Part shown: piece by piece, positions 62,601 to 64,000 of the stretch
Layout of the letters: every line of letters begins with the position of its first letter
Position numbering within the stretch: the stretch's first letter is position 1
Assembly (NCBI GenBank): GCA_950097015.1
Contig: CATNEN010000006.1
Span: 1 to 64,000 of the forward strand
DNA from: Macrostomum hystrix
Lineage: Eukaryota; Animalia; Platyhelminthes
Length of the DNA stretch: 64,000 bases
Direction: 5' to 3'
Notes under the pieces: generated by a model
What the model saw: the letters and a program-made list of their open reading frames with translations, nothing else
The model's database searches: none
Told to the model about the DNA's origin: nothing
Position numbers and translations under genes: made by a program

Positions 62601-63707
62601 GATCAAATCGTCGAACGTCATCATGAGGCTCATGTCGCTGAAGTACCAGACTTTCACTTTGAAGTCGTCGGCGCCACTGATGAGAAGCGAGCAGCTGGAG
62701 TTGAGTGTGGCCGCTCGGACCCGACCAGTGTGACAGGTGGAGTTGAATTCCACAGAGAGGCCAGCGACCCGAATCTTGGCGAGGCTGCCATCAGCTGAAC
62801 CGGAGACCAGGTAGCGACCGCAGCGGCTCAGGTGCAGTGTCAGCACAGGCTTTGGGTGCAGTCTGAGAGTGGTATGAGAATTAGAATCAGTGCGAATCGG
62901 TTGTAAAGCTGGATTTATTGGTCTTTAAATCCAAAAGACGCTCGAAGATCATAGGTCATGAGAATGGTGTGCTCCTGAGGATGGTGTGCTCCTGAGGATG
63001 GTGTGCTGCTGTGGATGGTGTGCTCCTGTGGATGGTGTGCTGCTGTGGATGGTGTGCTCCTGTGGATGGTGTGCTCCTGAGGATGGTGTGCTCCTGTGGA
63101 TGGTGTGCTGCTGTGGATGGTGTGCTCCTGTGGATGGTGTGCTGCTGTGGATGGTGTGCTCCTGTGGATGGTGTGCTGCTGTGGATGGTGTGCTCCTGTG
63201 GATGGTGTGCTCATGTGGATGGTGTGCTCCTGAGAATGTTGTGCTCATGAGGATGGTGTGCTCCTGAGAATGGTGTGCTCCTGAGAATGGTGTGCTCCTG
63301 AGAATGGTGTGCTCCTGAGAATGGTGTGCTCCTGAGAATGGTGTGCTCCTAATAATAGTGGTCTCATGAGGATGGTGTGCTCCTAATAATAGTGGTCTCA
63401 TGAGGATGGTGTGCTCCTAATAATAGTGGTCTCATGAGGATGGTGTGCTCAATAATAGTGGTCTCATGAGGATGGTGTGCTCCTAATAATAGTGGTCTCA
63501 TGAGGATGGTGTGCTGCTGAAAAAAAATTAATAAGACTAAATCGCGATCTTGGTTGATCAACCAGAAAGTTTTTAAGTCTCACTTGATCAGTTGAGTCTC
63601 CTCAGTTCCATGGGTGTCGAATACAAGAACTTCGCCGTTCATATTTCCAACCGTCAGCAGATGGTTGTTCGGCGTGATGTCCAGACAAGTGACTGGCGTT
63701 GTGTTGT
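56390..63707 (-). CDS. 3' portion of a large multi-WD40 protein ending in polyQ and a CaaX box; the gene probably starts at or beyond the window edge
   Basis: Phase-consistent exons 63707-63584, 62862-62286, 61889-61318, 60331-60260, 60033-59802, 59495-59131. Structure over 58960-57800 is unresolved. The last exon ends ...KSRFCLIL* at 56390. Many WD blades: LVSGSADG, LLISGADDFKVKVW, LAVTGSVDG, VITGGQDSSLKVW, VVSGGQDG. NACHT-WD (NWD-type) identity is possible but not visible here. Confidence 0.8.
56898..57429. repeat. 17/18-bp minisatellite GGGG(G)TTGTAGCCTAGTA, ~30 copies, derived from the SINE B 5' end
   Basis: The unit matches the first 16 nt of the 49489 SINE (GGGGTTGTAGCCTAGT) and the array runs directly into the SINE B box and body. 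Confidence 0.95.
57430..57675 (+). mobile_element. SINE family B body, contiguous with the 17-mer array
   Basis: GGTTCGATTTC, CACTTAACTCTG, CAGCTGTTAAATGGGTACCAGG and GGGTGGGTGTGGCGTCCCC match the 49489 copy. Confidence 0.88.
60838..61235 (+). mobile_element. SINE family A, full length with (ATT)n tail
   Basis: Matches the 2267 copy along its length and ends in TTATTATTATT. Confidence 0.88.
62090..62190 (-). mobile_element. SINE family A 5' fragment, opposite orientation
   Basis: Reverse complement reads GTGGCAGAGCGGTTAACGCGTTTGCCTCTCGCACCAAGG...GAGCTCGATTCC. Confidence 0.8.
62957..63510. repeat. 17-bp minisatellite (GGATGGTGTGCTCCTGT) with 3' variants, WD40 gene intron
   Basis: Direct periodicity. 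Explains ORFs 62915-63561. Confidence 0.95.
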
Positions 63708-64000
63708 CTGTCAGAGTACATAATTATAGTGAGTACAGGCACAGTGAGGAATCAATTTCCGCCAGTCTGAATGCCTGCTTCAACTTTACGAGCTATGCTG
63801 ATCCCTCGATAATAAATTATGGCCACGGGAACCGAGATAGGAAAAAATGATAGCAGCCGCATCAGGTGGGCGATGGCGTGCCTGTCGGATTAATTCGCTA
63901 CTCGCGGGTCCGGAAAGAAAAAGTCGGGTAACTACGCTAGGCGGAGGGTGAGGCAATCGGTACGGTTGATTAGGTCCGAGAAGACTCCGATCTACGAGCT

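Noticed and set aside
63720-64000. Further upstream exon(s) of the WD40 gene
   Set aside because: Candidate frames do not give convincing WD-like sequence, so boundaries cannot be supported.

Overview
Eukaryotic, intron-containing, repeat-rich DNA with no prokaryotic features. The very dense 17-30 bp minisatellites, Gly/Ala/Gln-rich exons and signs of spliced-leader (SL) trans-splicing suggest a free-living flatworm such as Macrostomum; this is an inference and was not verified. Genes: a ZNFX1-like SF1 RNA helicase with NF-X1 zinc fingers and two C-terminal PARP-like domains (-), casein kinase II alpha (-), CCDC113 (+), a head-to-tail minus-strand trio DCAF13/SOF1 > RNase Z (ELAC1-like) > EXOSC3/Rrp40, a small SEY-motif protein (+), a highly charged RS/K/E-rich protein (+), and the 3' part of a large WD40 gene ending in a CaaX box (-). 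Mobile DNA: a very young, internally deleted Gypsy-like LTR element (near-identical 669 bp LTRs, TTAC TSD, PBS), two tRNA-derived SINE families (one CORE-like), a Merlin element with TIRs and TSD, a Tc1-like remnant and small MITE-like hairpins. Twelve tandem arrays cover about 11.8 kb (~18%). Several conserved genes carry +1 frameshifts in short base runs, most likely assembly errors. Best candidates for new biology: (1) the helicase-NFX1-tandem-ART fusion as an RNA-sensing ADP-ribosylating immune effector; (2) an ATG-less, short-armed RNase Z that appears to take its start codon from the flatworm spliced leader within a putative RNA-processing operon; (3) a minisatellite born from the A-box end of a SINE.
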